This document shows positions 9,474 to 19,137 of a stretch of 64,000 bases of DNA, piece after piece (within the stretch, counting starts at the first letter, position 1; every line of letters starts with the position of its first letter). The position numbers and the translations under genes were made by a program. The notes beneath the pieces are model-generated. The model worked only from the letters and a program-made list of their open reading frames with translations. It had not been told where the DNA came from and made no database searches. The stretch comes from Thermoplasmata archaeon. GTDB lineage: Archaea; Thermoplasmatota; Thermoplasmata; RBG-16-68-12. The stretch covers positions 193,518-257,517 of the forward strand of contig DASPYU010000016.1 in the NCBI GenBank assembly GCA_035636595.1. Reading direction: 5' to 3'.

Positions 9474-10763
9474 TCAACCACCTGCGTCGATCCGCTGAAC
9501 TCGTCGCGAAAGCGCCCACATAACCGCGAGGCCAGCCGCGGCGATGAGGAGGCTGACCGCCAGAAGGGGACCGATGAACGGGAGGAGGCCCGCTGATACG
9601 ATGAGGGAAATCCACGGGAGCGCCCGGCGAGCCCCGCGCTCCTTCAGGAGCCGAATCCCGGCCACGGAGCCGATGACATACGTGAGGATCGCCGCTCCAC
9701 TCGCCATGAGGAAGGCGGAGACAAAGTCTACGCGGAGGAGGTAGAACGCTCCCAAACTGGCGAGGACCATGACGATCAGGAAATTGAGCGCGTGCCGAGG
9801 AGCGCCGGTCTTCGGGTCGATTCGCGCAAGGGACCGCGGAAAGACCCCGTCCCGGGCCGCGGCGAAATACACCCGCGCCATCCCCGCGGAATACGCATTA
9901 ACGGTGCCGAACGTGACGAAGACGGCGAGGAGGGCAACGACGGCCCCGGCGTAGGCTCCAAAGGCGTCCGACACCATCGCGGCAAAGGGCGTGGCGCCTC
10001 CGCCCACCCGATACGCCGCCGTGCCAACGGTCACGACCGCGACGCCAACGTACAGGACGCTGACCAGGACGACGCTGATGACCACGCTCCGATGGAAGTC
10101 CCGCTTCGGATCCTGAAACTCCTCGGCGACATTGGACGTGTTCTCGTATCCGAGGTACGACCAGACGATGAGGGCCGCGGCCGTTCCGATCGATGCGAGT
10201 CCGTTCGGGAGGAAGGGCGAGTAATTCGCCGGCGAAGTCCGCGGAGCCGACGCGACGACCGCGACCGCGAGGGCTGCGAGGATTGCAACCACGGTGGCGA
10301 TCTGAACACGCCCGCTGAAACGGATTCCAAGGTAGTTGACGACAAACGCGGCGAGCAGGATTCCGGCCGCCACGAGGAAGATGTCCTCGCGCGAGAGCGG
10401 ATAGACGTAGACGAGGTACGACGCGGCCGCCAGGGTCGCCGCGGGTGCCCCGATCGCGGCCCATGCCAGGAAGAGCCATGCGGTTGCGGCGCTCGCGCCT
10501 GCTCCGATTCCCTCTCGCGCGAACGCGTAGATCCCGCCGGACTCCGGCCTCCGGGCCGAGAGCTTCGCGAACGTGTAGGCGAACGGGTAGCTTGCAAGGG
10601 ACAGGAGGATCCACGAGACGATGGAGGCGGGCCCCGCGATTTGCGCGGCGAGCCCGGGGATGACGAAGATCCCGGATCCGAGGAGGGAACTCACATAGAG
10701 GGCGACGGCATGGCGGAGCGTGATGACCCGGTGGAGCGCTGGCTGCGGCGCAGGATGTCCCAC
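9474..10763 (-). CDS. APC-family amino acid permease
   Basis: LLGSGIFVIPG, PESGGIY, WSYLGYE...AEE, ARDGVFP. Start is uncertain (GTG 10763). Confidence 0.85.
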   Translation of the reverse strand: MGHPAPQPALHRVITLRHAVALYVSSLLGSGIFVIPGLAAQIAGPASIVSWILLSLASYPFAYTFAKLSARRPESGGIYAFAREGIGAGASAATAWLFLAWAAIGAPAATLAAASYLVYVYPLSREDIFLVAAGILLAAFVVNYLGIRFSGRVQIATVVAILAALAVAVVASAPRTSPANYSPFLPNGLASIGTAAALIVWSYLGYENTSNVAEEFQDPKRDFHRSVVISVVLVSVLYVGVAVVTVGTAAYRVGGGATPFAAMVSDAFGAYAGAVVALLAVFVTFGTVNAYSAGMARVYFAAARDGVFPRSLARIDPKTGAPRHALNFLIVMVLASLGAFYLLRVDFVSAFLMASGAAILTYVIGSVAGIRLLKERGARRALPWISLIVSAGLLPFIGPLLAVSLLIAAAGLAVMWALSRRVQRIDAGG

Positions 10764-10930
10764 GGCGCTCGATGCGTCCCGGTCCCGCGGCAACGGGTTC
10801 CCCCTTTCACGTCGGCCATCGCCGGGCACGGGTCGCCGACACGACCGATAAACCCATAAGCCAATCGCAGCCACCGGATGGCCGGCCTGGGCTTCGAGTA
10901 CCAACGGCAAGAGGGCGCCGTCGGGCTAAG

Positions 10931-11002
10931 AGCCGCAGGGGGGAATTGAACCCCCGACCTGCGCCTTACCAAGGCGCCGCTCTACCCCTAAGCCACTGCG
11001 GC
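10931..11002 (-). tRNA. tRNA-Thr(GGT)
   Basis: Reverse complement folds as a cloverleaf: acceptor stem GCCGCAG/CTGCGGC, D arm with TAGGGGTAGAGC, anticodon arm GCGCC-TTGGTAA-GGCGC, T loop GGTTCAATTCC. No encoded CCA. Confidence 0.95.
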
Positions 11003-11111
11003 AGCGGAGCGAGCCAAAGGGTCGAACTTACTTCAGGCTATCGGACTCCTCCGAGAAATCGGTCTCGCGGACCAATCATTAAGTAACGCACGGGACTTCG
11101 CATCGGTCGAG

Positions 11112-12992
11112 ATGAAGACCGGGCTGTCTTCCTTCGACATCCGTGCTCTTATTGCGGAGTGGCAAGGGTTGGTCGGAGGCCACATCGACAAGGTCTACCA
11201 AGCGGGAGACGAAGTGATCGTTCGCATCAACGTGAGCGGTGGCGGAAAAGTCGAATTGTTCTCCAAGTCGGGCCGCTGGCTCTGCCTCCACGAGGTCGAG
11301 AACAAACCGGAATCGCCCCCGCCTTTCGCGCAGGCCCTTCGCCGCATGCTCGACAACGCCCGCGTCCAAGCCGTCGAGCAAAAGGGCTTCGATCGCATTG
11401 TAATCTTCCGCCTCGAACGGGGGGCCGACGCCTTCGAGCTGGTAATCGAACTGTTCGGCAAAGGAAACATCGTGGTCGTGAAGTCCGGGACGGCAGCCGC
11501 GGCGCTCTTCCCGCAGACCTTCAAGGATCGCAGGGTCGAGGTCGGCGAGGCGTATGCATTCCCCGCCGCGGGAGTGGACCTGCTCGAACTCGATCGGGTA
11601 GGCTTTGCGAACGCGGTCCGCGATGCGAAAGGCCAGGTGGTCCGCGTCCTCGCCGGGGTCCTCAATCTCGGCGGCCCGTACGCGGAGGAGCTCTGTCTCC
11701 GCGCGAACCTGGACAAGGAGACGAGGGTGAAGGATCTCACGGATTCTCAGACGGACGCGCTCTACACGGCGCTGAACAACGTCGCCGTGGCGGTCGATGA
11801 GGAACGGAGATCGGCGGTCATCCTCCGGGACGGGAAGGCGATCGACGCGACTCCGATCGACCTCGTCCAACACAGCGGCCTCGAACGCCGCGAGTTCCCG
11901 ACGTTCAATGAGGCGGTCTCTCACTATCTGACGGTCGCGGAGCCCGAGGTGGCTGCCTCCGGGCGGGCCGACGCGAAATTCGAACGGCGTCTCGCCCAGC
12001 AGGAAGAATCCCTGCGAACCTTACGCGAGGAGGCGATGCGTCTGGAGGCCCAGGCGGTCTTCCTATACGGCCACTACCCGGTCTTCGACGAACTGCTGAA
12101 GGCGATCCGCGAAGGCCGGCCGCCTGCGGAACATGGGCAGATCAAGGCGATCGACCGGAAGGAGCGCACCGTCACCCTGTCGATTGGCGACTTCGATGCG
12201 ATCACCCTGGGCTACGAGCAGGACGTGACGGCGAACGCGCAAGCCCTGTACGATCGCCGCAAAGAGGCGCAGATCAAAGCGCAGCGGGTCGAGGAGTCGA
12301 TCGCCGCGAGTCGCGCGGAGATGGAGGCCGCGCGCGCGAAGGCGGTGAAGGTCGCGAAGCGGCCGAAGCCGAAGGCGACGAAAGCTCTCTGGTTCGAGGC
12401 CTATCGATGGACGCTCTCCTCCGAAGGCTTCCTGATCCTCGGGGGGCGCGACGCCCGGACGAATGACCAGCTCGTGAAGAAGCACCTGAAGGAAGGGGAC
12501 CGCTACGCCCACGCGGACGTCCACGGCGCGCCCTCCACCGTCATCAAGGACGGATCGAAGGCCGGTGAGCCGACGCTGCGCGAGGCGTGCGAGTTCGCGC
12601 TCGCCTACAGCAAGGCTTGGTCCGCCGGCCTCGCGGGCGGGAGCGCGTTCTGGGTCCTGCCGGAACAGGTGTCGAAGCAGGCGGAGTCCGGCGAGTTCCT
12701 CCCGCGCGGCGCGTTCGTGATCCGCGGCAAACGCAACTACGTCCACGATCTCCCGATTCGGCTCGCCGTTGGGGAAGTCGAGGTCGAGGGCCACCGCAAG
12801 ATCATGGGCGGTCCCCTTTCCGCCGTCGTCGCGCGTGCCTCCCGCCACGTCGTCGTGATGCCAGGAAAAGAGGACCGCGAGGCCATTGCCAAGAGACTGG
12901 CCGCTGCATTTGCTGTCCCGATCGAGGAAATCGGTCGCGTCCTGCCCCCTGGCGGCGTCACCATCTCGGAGCGGCGCGGCCTCGAGATCTAG
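11112..12992 (+). CDS. rqcH: Ribosome quality-control protein RqcH (NFACT family)
   Basis: LSSFDI, FDRIV, ELFGKGN, NFACT-R WFEAYRW...GGRDARTND...HADVHGAPS, GEFLPRGAFVIRGKRNY. Confidence 0.92.
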   Translation: MKTGLSSFDIRALIAEWQGLVGGHIDKVYQAGDEVIVRINVSGGGKVELFSKSGRWLCLHEVENKPESPPPFAQALRRMLDNARVQAVEQKGFDRIVIFRLERGADAFELVIELFGKGNIVVVKSGTAAAALFPQTFKDRRVEVGEAYAFPAAGVDLLELDRVGFANAVRDAKGQVVRVLAGVLNLGGPYAEELCLRANLDKETRVKDLTDSQTDALYTALNNVAVAVDEERRSAVILRDGKAIDATPIDLVQHSGLERREFPTFNEAVSHYLTVAEPEVAASGRADAKFERRLAQQEESLRTLREEAMRLEAQAVFLYGHYPVFDELLKAIREGRPPAEHGQIKAIDRKERTVTLSIGDFDAITLGYEQDVTANAQALYDRRKEAQIKAQRVEESIAASRAEMEAARAKAVKVAKRPKPKATKALWFEAYRWTLSSEGFLILGGRDARTNDQLVKKHLKEGDRYAHADVHGAPSTVIKDGSKAGEPTLREACEFALAYSKAWSAGLAGGSAFWVLPEQVSKQAESGEFLPRGAFVIRGKRNYVHDLPIRLAVGEVEVEGHRKIMGGPLSAVVARASRHVVVMPGKEDREAIAKRLAAAFAVPIEEIGRVLPPGGVTISERRGLEI

Positions 12993-13067
12993 CCGCGTCG
13001 GGCCGTCGCATCGGCAAGCCCTATACGGTCGACTGACATACCGCGCCAGCGGGTTTTGGAGGATCGC

Positions 13068-14366
13068 ATGACGCAAGCCGATGCCCTCGTCGTGTCTCTT
13101 CCCGAGGACGAGCGGCCGACGAAGTGGTACAACATCCAAGCGGACCTTCCGGAACCGCTCCCCCCGCCGAAGGATCCGGCGACGGGGCCCTCCCGTATCA
13201 AGGCGTTGCCGGAACTGCTCGTCGGCGAGTGCCTCCGCCAGGAGAACTCGACCTCCCGATGGATCGACATTCCTCCCGAGATCCAGGAGCTCTACGTTCA
13301 GGCGGGCCGGCCTCGCCCGCTGATCCGCGCCCGACGGCTCGAGAAGCGACTCGGCACGCCGGCGCGGCTCTACTACAAGACGGAGTTCTACAGCCCGACG
13401 GGCAGCCACAAGGTGAACACGGCGCTCGCGCAGGCGTGGTACGCGAAGCGGGAAGGATACGAGCGACTCACGACGGAAACCGGCGCGGGCCAGTGGGGGA
13501 CCGCGCTCGCGTACGCCGCGAGCCTCGTCGGCCTGAAGACGACGATCTACTGGGTGCGCGCGGTCCACGATTGGAAGGTCCAGCGTCGGCAGTTCATGCA
13601 TCTCTATGGGGCGACGGTGCACGCCTCGCCGAGTCCGGAGACCGCGGTGGGTCGCGGCCTCCTCGCGAAAGACCCGCACCATCCGGGTTCTCTCGGCATC
13701 GCGGTGTCGGAGGGGCTCGAAGATGCCCGCGGTGACGAGAAGGCGATCTACTGCCTCGGATCGGTCCTCAATCATGTGCTCCTGCATCAAACGGTCATCG
13801 GCCTGGAGACGCAGCGGCAGTTCGAGCACGTTGGCGAGTATCCCGACGTCATGGTCTCGAGCCTCGGTGGCGGCTCGAACTTCGGCGGCTTCACGTTGCC
13901 CTTCTTCGTGGATGCGTTCCACGGCAAAGAGATCCGATTCATCGCGGCGCAGAGCGCCGCGGCGCCGAACCTTCAGGGAGAATACCGCTACGACTTCGCG
14001 GACCACGCGGAGATGACGCCGCTCCTGAAGATGTACACGCTCGGCCACAAGACGGAGATGAAGCCGGTCAAAGGAGACGGCCTGCGGTACCATGGATGCT
14101 CGCCGATCCTCTCGCTGCTCCGCCACCGCGGGCTCATCGACACGATCGCCTACCCGAGCGACGAGAAGCACGTGTTCGAGCGCGCCCGCATGTTCGTGCA
14201 GGCGGAGGGGTTCCTGCCTGCGCCCGAGAGTGCGTACAGCATCGCATGCGCGATCGACGAGGCGCTGAAATGCAAGGAGTCCAGCGAGGCGAAGGTCATC
14301 GCGTTCAACGTGAGCGGTCACGGCTTCATGGACATGGAAGGCTACGCCGACGTCTTGGGCCTCTGA
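13068..14366 (+). CDS. trpB2: TrpB2 (tryptophan synthase beta-like PLP enzyme)
   Basis: WYNIQADLP, SPTGSHKVNTA, TTETGAGQWG, GGGSNFGG, GLRYHG, SGHG. Standalone, no trpA nearby. Confidence 0.92.
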   Translation: MTQADALVVSLPEDERPTKWYNIQADLPEPLPPPKDPATGPSRIKALPELLVGECLRQENSTSRWIDIPPEIQELYVQAGRPRPLIRARRLEKRLGTPARLYYKTEFYSPTGSHKVNTALAQAWYAKREGYERLTTETGAGQWGTALAYAASLVGLKTTIYWVRAVHDWKVQRRQFMHLYGATVHASPSPETAVGRGLLAKDPHHPGSLGIAVSEGLEDARGDEKAIYCLGSVLNHVLLHQTVIGLETQRQFEHVGEYPDVMVSSLGGGSNFGGFTLPFFVDAFHGKEIRFIAAQSAAAPNLQGEYRYDFADHAEMTPLLKMYTLGHKTEMKPVKGDGLRYHGCSPILSLLRHRGLIDTIAYPSDEKHVFERARMFVQAEGFLPAPESAYSIACAIDEALKCKESSEAKVIAFNVSGHGFMDMEGYADVLGL

Positions 14367-14442
14367 AAGCGAGGGCTTCCCGCATCAAGTTCATATCCGA
14401 CCTCCGGGTCCTTGAGGACGCCCAGTGTGGGGAGTGGAGTCC

Positions 14443-15324
14443 ATGGGAGCGTACCTGAGGACCTTTGCCCTGTTCGTCCTGCTCACGGCGATCTTCGTCT
14501 TCTTCGGATGGGTCATCGGCTCGTTCTGGCTCGACAACCCGATCGGCGGCATCGTGACGTTCCTCGGGCTCGCGGCGGCGATGAACGCGATCGCGTACTT
14601 CGCCTCGGATCGGATCGTCCTCTGGTCCTATCACGCGAAGCTCGTGACGGAAGCGGAAGCGCCCGGCGTGTACCGCATCGTCCGTGAGGTCACCCAGCAG
14701 GCGAACCTCCCGATGCCCAAGGTCGCGATCATCCCGACGCAGACGCCGAACGCGATGGCGACGGGACGGAACCCGAAACACGCGGTCGTCGCGGTGACGG
14801 ACGGGATCCTCCATTTGCTGAGCGAGGACGAGCTGCGCGGCGTCTTGGCGCACGAGGTCTCCCACGTCCGGAACCGGGACATCCTCGTGATCTCGGTCGC
14901 GGCGACCCTCGCCGGCGCGATCTCGTTCATGGCCCGGATGTTCGGCTGGAACATGCTCTTCGGGGGCTCGCGGGACCGCAACGGGAACGCGGCCACGCTC
15001 ATCCTCGCCGTCGTGGGGATGGTCCTCGCGCCAATCGCAGCGCTCCTCGTACAGCTCGCAATCTCCCGCAGCCGCGAGTACAAGGCGGACTACAGCGGTG
15101 CGAAGACGATCGGCCAACCGCTCGCTCTCGCTTCGGCGCTCGAGAAGCTCGAGGTCGCGAACAAGCGCCGACCCTTGACGTTCGGGAGCCCGGCATCGCA
15201 GAGCCTGTTCATCGTGAACCCGTTCGCGGGCGGCGCCTTCGTGCGGATGTTCAGCACGCACCCGCCGATCCAGGAGCGGATTGCGCGGCTTCACGCCCTC
15301 GCACAGGGCGTGGACCGCTACTGA
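14443..15324 (+). CDS. htpX: Membrane zinc metalloprotease HtpX
   Basis: PNAMATGRNP, LAHEVSH (HExxH), ISRSREY.AD, FSTHPP. Confidence 0.95.
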   Translation: MGAYLRTFALFVLLTAIFVFFGWVIGSFWLDNPIGGIVTFLGLAAAMNAIAYFASDRIVLWSYHAKLVTEAEAPGVYRIVREVTQQANLPMPKVAIIPTQTPNAMATGRNPKHAVVAVTDGILHLLSEDELRGVLAHEVSHVRNRDILVISVAATLAGAISFMARMFGWNMLFGGSRDRNGNAATLILAVVGMVLAPIAALLVQLAISRSREYKADYSGAKTIGQPLALASALEKLEVANKRRPLTFGSPASQSLFIVNPFAGGAFVRMFSTHPPIQERIARLHALAQGVDRY

Positions 15325-15326
15325 AT

Positions 15327-15704
15327 TCAGCCGAACTCGTGCCCGACGTGGCGCCCATGCCGGGCGTCGAGGTCGCGGATCTGATCCCGCACGTCGACGT
15401 TCGGCTCAAGGACCTCGAACTCCTCGAGGTAGTTGCGATCTTTATAGAGGACCGTCGTGCGGCCGTCCTTCACCATCCGGATGACGAGGTTCAGGTCCCC
15501 ACCACCCTCCGGACCTTCGTACAGGGTGTAGAACCCGAGGAAGTGACCAATGATCTCCTCGAACCCGGAGTGCGGATAGTAGAACCGGAGCCGGACGCGG
15601 TCCCCGGGAAAGATGTCCATCTTGTCGAGGAGCTTGTCGTCGAGGACCCCGGCCTTCTTGAGGATGCGGCGTTCCTCCGTGATGTCGTCCTTCGTCTCCA
15701 CCAT
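15327..15704 (-). CDS. Hypothetical protein, possible divergent Sm/LSm-like fold
   Basis: GDRVRLRF...IIGHFLGFY...DLNLVIR resembles the Sm1 motif. Start re-set to ATG 15704. Confidence 0.55.
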   Translation of the reverse strand: MVETKDDITEERRILKKAGVLDDKLLDKMDIFPGDRVRLRFYYPHSGFEEIIGHFLGFYTLYEGPEGGGDLNLVIRMVKDGRTTVLYKDRNYLEEFEVLEPNVDVRDQIRDLDARHGRHVGHEFG

Positions 15705-15732
15705 GCGCCGGGCGAGAGAGCCGCCGTTCCGC

Positions 15733-16326
15733 TTAAACCAGCGCCTCGTTCTCGCCGCGAGAGCCGCCACGGTCACTCGACTCGGGGGAACTGCGAGTCT
15801 CGGCGATCCGCCTCCAACCAGCCCAGCGGCGCTCGATGGCGTAGTCCAGGGACCATCGGCTTGGGCCGAACGTGGCGTTGATGACCAGGAGCAAGAGGAA
15901 CACGAAGGCGTAGATGATCCCCGTCCCGATGTCCGTTGAACTGGGACCGTAGGGACCTCCGAACCCCTCGGGCACGGACCAAATCACGAGGCTCAGGAAG
16001 ATCCCACCCGTGTATGCGATCTTCCGCATGAATCCGAAGAGAAGGGCGAAGGCGAGGGACAGCTCCAGTAGGCCGATCGTCGTCGAGAAGAGACCGGGGT
16101 TCGCGCTCACGGTCTGGCTCCAGAAGGCGAACCACGGCTGAAGCCACCCGGGCTGGCCCTGGCCGGCGTCGGAGACCATCTGAGGCAGCGAGTCCGCGAC
16201 CCCGGGCTGGAATTTCAGAGCGCCGTCAATGGCCCAAACGAAACCGAAGACCACTCGGACCGCGGTCTTAAGGAACCCCATGTGCCGCACAAACCAGTTA
16301 TCCAAGGATGCCTGGAAGGAAGCCAT
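15733..16326 (-). CDS. DoxX/DoxD-like membrane protein
   Basis: RVVFGFVWAIDGALKF, four TM segments, SRWSLD near the C-terminus. Confidence 0.7.
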   Translation of the reverse strand: MASFQASLDNWFVRHMGFLKTAVRVVFGFVWAIDGALKFQPGVADSLPQMVSDAGQGQPGWLQPWFAFWSQTVSANPGLFSTTIGLLELSLAFALLFGFMRKIAYTGGIFLSLVIWSVPEGFGGPYGPSSTDIGTGIIYAFVFLLLLVINATFGPSRWSLDYAIERRWAGWRRIAETRSSPESSDRGGSRGENEALV

Positions 16327-16440
16327 CGTAGCGCCTCGCGCGATCGACCGGTCGCCCGATACTTGAAGGACCGGTAGGTATCGACCGTACGGCCGAGAGG
16401 AGCGACCTCTCGCCGGGACGCGGAGGCCGCCCGGAACGGA

Positions 16441-17916
16441 TCAGGCGTCCATGTACCGGTAGAACTCGTACGGCGAGGGCCGGAGCGAGGTCTGCAGGTG
16501 CTCGTCGAGCTTCAGCTCCTCGTACTTCTCGAGCAGGTCCTGCGGGAACACGGACTTGAGGAACATGTAGTCCGTCTGCAGGTGCTCGATCGACTCCTTC
16601 AGGGAGCCGGGCAGCTCGCGGACACCGTACTCCTTGCGCTTGCTCGCGCTCAGGTGGTACAGGTCCTCGTCGACCGGATCGCCCGGATCGAGCTTCCGCT
16701 TGACGCCATCCAGGCCGGCGCACAGCATCGCTGCAAACGACAGGTACGGGTTGCACGCGGGGTCCGGCGTGCGGTACTCGATCCGCTTCGCCGCCTCAAT
16801 CCCTTGGTAATACATCGGGATGCGAATGTTCGCGCTCCGGTTCCGCTTGGACCAGGCGATGAACACGGGTGCCTCATAGCCCGGCACGAGCCGCCGGTAC
16901 GAGTTCGTCGTCGGGTTCGTGAAGGCGCACAGGCTGCGGGCGTGGTCCATCATGCCGCCGATGTAATAGCGGCAGGTCTGGCTGATCTCCGCGTACTCGT
17001 CCTCGGGGTCGTACATCATGTTCCTGCCTTTCGTCCAGAGGCTTTGGTGGACATGCATCCCGCTCGCGTTGTCGCCGAAGATCGGCTTTGGCATGAACGT
17101 CGCCATCATGCCCATCTTGTGGGCGACCATCTTCATGACGTAGCGGTACGTGACGACGTTGTCCGCCATCGGCACGAGTTCGTCGTAGCGCATGTCGATC
17201 TCGCACTGGCCGGCCGTCGCGACCTCGTGGTGGTGCGCATCGAGCGTCAGTCCGAAGTCGTCGATGAGGACGCGACACGCCTCGTTGCGGAAGTCTTGGA
17301 GGCTGTCGACCGGCGGCGCCGGGTAGTAGCCCTCCTTGAACCGGATCGGGAAATTCGTGCCGCTGCTCTGGCCCCACGGCGCCTCGCGCGAGACGATCTC
17401 GTAGCCCGCGCCGGCCCATGGGTTCCGCGCGGCGTCCGCGCTCGGGAGGAGACGAATCCCGTCGAACACGAAGAACTCGATCTCGGGACCCCAGTACGTG
17501 GTGTCGTAGCCTTGCTCGCCGGCGAACTGGGCGGCCTTCTGCGCCATGTACCGCGAATCGCGGGTGAAGCGCTCGTGGCTCCCGCCCTCGTACACGTCGA
17601 CGACGAACCGGGCGGTCTTGTGGGTGCCCTCGTACCACGGGAGGATCGCGAAACTGTTCGGGTCCGGGTTCATCACCATGTCCGACTCGTGGATCTCCTT
17701 GAAGCCCTTGATCGACGAGCCGTCGAGCTTGCCGACGCCCCTCTTGAACTCCTCCGGCCCGAGGGAGGTCGCGGGAATCGTGATGTGCTGCAGCGCGCCG
17801 AGCAGGTCCACGAACTGGAGGTCGATCCAGCGCACGCCTTCGCTCTCAATCCGTTTCAACACCGAAGCCACGGTCATCTTCGTCGTCTTCGCCGGAGTGC
17901 TCGAAGCGATTGCCAT
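16441..17916 (-). CDS. glnA: Glutamine synthetase type I
   Basis: DGSSIKGF, HHHEVATAGQCEI, FMPKPIFGDNASGMHVHQS, SYRRLVPGYEAP, RIEYRTPDPACNPY. Confidence 0.97.
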   Translation of the reverse strand: MAIASSTPAKTTKMTVASVLKRIESEGVRWIDLQFVDLLGALQHITIPATSLGPEEFKRGVGKLDGSSIKGFKEIHESDMVMNPDPNSFAILPWYEGTHKTARFVVDVYEGGSHERFTRDSRYMAQKAAQFAGEQGYDTTYWGPEIEFFVFDGIRLLPSADAARNPWAGAGYEIVSREAPWGQSSGTNFPIRFKEGYYPAPPVDSLQDFRNEACRVLIDDFGLTLDAHHHEVATAGQCEIDMRYDELVPMADNVVTYRYVMKMVAHKMGMMATFMPKPIFGDNASGMHVHQSLWTKGRNMMYDPEDEYAEISQTCRYYIGGMMDHARSLCAFTNPTTNSYRRLVPGYEAPVFIAWSKRNRSANIRIPMYYQGIEAAKRIEYRTPDPACNPYLSFAAMLCAGLDGVKRKLDPGDPVDEDLYHLSASKRKEYGVRELPGSLKESIEHLQTDYMFLKSVFPQDLLEKYEELKLDEHLQTSLRPSPYEFYRYMDA

Positions 17917-17974
17917 GCCCAACCCGCCCGAACGGACGCCGCGTCCGTTCGTCGTCTCTCGGCAGAAATGTGAA

Positions 17975-17984
17975 CATATATAAA
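17975..17984 (-). promoter_or_regulatory. TATA box of glnA
   Basis: TTTATATATG on the minus strand about 60 nt upstream of the glnA start. Confidence 0.6.
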
Positions 17985-18103
17985 CCGTTGGCTTCGCAAA
18001 TCGTACAGATGACCGGAATCCTCATATTCCACAGGACATTGTTCGGGAAACCCTGGGAGCGGGCCGCGCAATTCGAGCGTTCGACCGCCTCCGGACGGGA
18101 AGG

Positions 18104-18568
18104 ATGCCCATGGCCGCGCCTGCCGAACTCGACGACCTCGATGTGCGAATCCTCCGGCTGTTGAACGGCGACGCCCGCAAGTCGTTCCGCGAAATCTCGA
18201 AAGAGGTCGATGCGAGCATCAGCACGGTCTCCAGCCGGATCCGGAAGCTCGAGGAGGAAGGCGTGATCTCGGGCTACGCGCCGCTGCTCGCGGAGTCGAA
18301 GCTCGGCTACGATGTCCTCGCGGTCGTCGGCGTAAAGATCCACAAGGGCAAGCTCCTGGAGGTCCAGCGGCGGATCGCGAAGGACGAACGCGTCACGCAT
18401 GTGTACGACGTGACGGGGGAGTGGGACTCGATCGTCGTGGTCCGCCTTCGGACGACCCGCGAGCTCGATGCGTTCATCAAGCGACTCGGGTCGATGGAGT
18501 ACGTCGAGAACACCTACACGCAGGTCGTCCTAAACGTTGTCAAGGAGGAACGTCGGGTCCTCCTGTAA
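18104..18568 (+). CDS. Lrp/AsnC-family transcriptional regulator
   Basis: LDDLDVRILRLL..DARKSFREI...TV..RIRKLEEEGVI...YDVTGEWD. Confidence 0.93.
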   Translation: MPMAAPAELDDLDVRILRLLNGDARKSFREISKEVDASISTVSSRIRKLEEEGVISGYAPLLAESKLGYDVLAVVGVKIHKGKLLEVQRRIAKDERVTHVYDVTGEWDSIVVVRLRTTRELDAFIKRLGSMEYVENTYTQVVLNVVKEERRVLL

Positions 18569-18638
18569 ACTACGAGGAATGCCTACACAACGTTTATGGC
18601 CGCACGCCCGGATATGTTCCAGGGGAGAGTGGAGGGGC

Positions 18639-19133
18639 ATGGCGGGCCTCCTGAATTTCGATCCGAACCGCGAGCTTGAGTTCAGCCCGGGACGCCCCTT
18701 GGAGTTCGATTCCCGCCGGCGCCTCGAGTTCGATGCGGGACGAGAGTTGGACTTCAACGAGGGTCGGGACCTCGGGTTCGGCCGCAGGGGCGTCGTGTTC
18801 CGCGGGTTCGTCTGCCCGATCTGCGGCGCCCTCGTGACGGAGGACGCGAAGCAGTGCAACGAGTGCGGCACCGTTTTCGACCGGGGCGCTCGAGCGGCGG
18901 CCCCGCCCGCCAAAGCCGCGCCGACTCCGCCCAAGACCGGGGGCCCGGCAGCTCCGACGCGCATCGCGGCGCCGCGGGAGGGCACCCAGTGCGCGTCTTG
19001 CGGTGCGAAGCTGAAGCGCGCGGACACGTTCTGTTGGAACTGCGGCAAGCGCGTGGCCGCGGCGACGGAGACGGTGAAGCTCCCGACGCAGAAAGTCCAG
19101 CCGGTCACCCGCGATTGGCGGGGGGAGAGGTGA
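18639..19133 (+). CDS. Zinc-ribbon protein with N-terminal 8-aa repeats
   Basis: GGAGG SD; six LxFxxxRx repeats; CPICG..CNECG and CASCG..CWNCG double zinc ribbons. Confidence 0.8.
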   Translation: MAGLLNFDPNRELEFSPGRPLEFDSRRRLEFDAGRELDFNEGRDLGFGRRGVVFRGFVCPICGALVTEDAKQCNECGTVFDRGARAAAPPAKAAPTPPKTGGPAAPTRIAAPREGTQCASCGAKLKRADTFCWNCGKRVAAATETVKLPTQKVQPVTRDWRGER

Positions 19134-19137
19134 GGCG

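Noticed and set aside
12063..14321. Long antisense ORFs (also 16498-17973, 46273-48414, 56316-58043 and others)
   Set aside because: Shadow frames of well-supported genes, expected at this GC content; no motifs.
18015..18030. Canonical NrpR operator
   Set aside because: The NrpR site is GGAA-N6-TTCC; the spacing here is N8, so it is not assigned.
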